From the NCBI GenBank assembly GCA_964016885.1, contig OZ024750.1:34782001-34846000 (forward strand): 64,000 nt of DNA. Direction: 5' to 3'. The notes under the pieces were generated by a model. The model ran no database searches, was not told the DNA's origin, and saw only the letters and a list, made by a program, of their open reading frames with translations. Each line of letters opens with the position of its first letter. Within the stretch, counting starts at the first letter, position 1. This document shows positions 62,898 to 64,000 of the stretch, piece after piece. The DNA comes from Eledone cirrhosa. Lineage: Eukaryota. Both the position numbers and the translations under genes were made by a program.

Positions 62898-64000
62898 TGG
62901 TTTCTTTATTTGCCATTAGGGCACAAAAGGTAGGGACAGATACAAGGGGGGAAGTTTACATATAATTAACGAGTACAAAGATATAACAATGAAATAACAA
63001 CAACAAACGAAGTCCTCAATAGGGAGGGGGCATTAACATGGGTCGCACACACCCCGGAAAAAATGTGCAACCCTTCTCCTCAGGAGCACAAAGAGTAGGT
63101 GCTTCCCTCGTCTCCTCTTTTTCCTCTTCTTTCACCTACAGGCTGATATAGAGAGAAGACCCATTCACTCTGGCCATTCTCCCTACTTTCACCCACCTTT
63201 CATAAAATTTGCTGGGGTAGAGCACCTCTCTCTCCATTCTGATCCTTCTTTTAAAATGGTATTTGAAAAAGGGGACCAGTTGTTGGCCGGAGAGAAAGGT
63301 GTCTGACCTCAGCCCTTTCAGCCTCGTCCACCATACAACTTCTTTAGCCATGGCTATCACACAGAGAAAAACCGCTTCTCCTTCGTTTTTGAAAGGGGGA
63401 GGCGGTTTGATCGTGACAATGGACTCGGTGGTCAACCGGATTGGTCCCACCCTCGACAGTAGTCGTTCCACATAGCCCCACAGGTCAGCAATGCCTGGGC
63501 AGTGTACGAATGCGTGCGCAACGGTTTCGTCATCATGCACGCATCTCGGACAGATCTTATTCAAAGGATCTCTACCCAGGCTCCCATGCCTGTGGAGCTT
63601 GTCTCGAACGGGTAGAGCCCCTCGGTAGCACTGCCAAGCCAGGGACTTTTGGAAGTTGTCCATCGGTCCAGGGCCAAACGTCCTACCGAACAGACTGGCC
63701 AGTTCATCTTCCTCCATGCCTAGAGCTTCTCCGAGAGCATCGTCGCACCTGCTGCGTACCAACCCTCTATAGAATGTCGACGTGGAGTCTCCACTGATTG
63801 CCGGGTCCGCTTTCCAGAGGACCGTGAGCGCCTGGGCACATTCAATGTGCCAGTCGCCCACTTTTCTCGGTCTTTGCTTGACCCAGGATTGCAGCTCGGT
63901 GAGCGAGACGAGTCTGGGAAAGGCTCGCCTCACAAACGGGGCCCACACCGGTTGACCGGTGAGGAATACCTGGAGGTGCCGTAGCCTTAATGCGTGTTTA
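62898..64000 (-). mobile_element. Tx1/L1-clade LINE 3' end (continues beyond the window)
   Basis: ORF2 C-terminus plus a 3' UTR ending GCCCTAATGGCAAATAAAGAAA. Confidence 0.9.
63136..63999 (-). CDS. Partial LINE ORF2p C-terminus with zf-RVT (CCHC) zinc knuckle
   Basis: Open to the window edge. LAWQCYRGALPVRDKL...CPRC...DETVAHAFVHCP...LWGYV. Confidence 0.85.
   Translation of the reverse strand, partial: KHALRLRHLQVFLTGQPVWAPFVRRAFPRLVSLTELQSWVKQRPRKVGDWHIECAQALTVLWKADPAISGDSTSTFYRGLVRSRCDDALGEALGMEEDELASLFGRTFGPGPMDNFQKSLAWQCYRGALPVRDKLHRHGSLGRDPLNKICPRCVHDDETVAHAFVHCPGIADLWGYVERLLSRVGPIRLTTESIVTIKPPPPFKNEGEAVFLCVIAMAKEVVWWTRLKGLRSDTFLSGQQLVPFFKYHFKRRIRMEREVLYPSKFYERWVKVGRMARVNGSSLYISL

Overview
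AT-rich, repeat-saturated eukaryotic DNA, intronic or intergenic in character. The tRNA-derived SINE families, RTE/CR1/Tx1/CRE/Penelope remnants, TTAA MITEs and long microsatellites suggest an octopod cephalopod (inference). No intact host gene is recognisable. Nearly all long ORFs in the track are artefacts of trinucleotide or minisatellite arrays. The only convincing open protein-coding stretch is the 3' end of a Tx1/L1-clade ORF2 (63136-64000, minus). A few plus-strand exon candidates exist. Most notable observations: (i) a ~370-bp segment carrying a 105-nt exon-like unit, apparently copied from 29.2 kb into a (TTC)n tract at 2.2 kb; (ii) hammerhead-ribozyme-like motifs in (TA)n/Penelope context, two sharing a CAGAAGA (U4A) core; (iii) a SINE folded back at its tRNA T-arm; (iv) recurrent tandem amplification of TE junctions; (v) solo LTRs with TSDs and a Helitron nested in a hAT-like MITE; (vi) a 12x58-bp array carrying a perfect 5' splice-site/U1 motif. 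All alignments and folds were done by eye.
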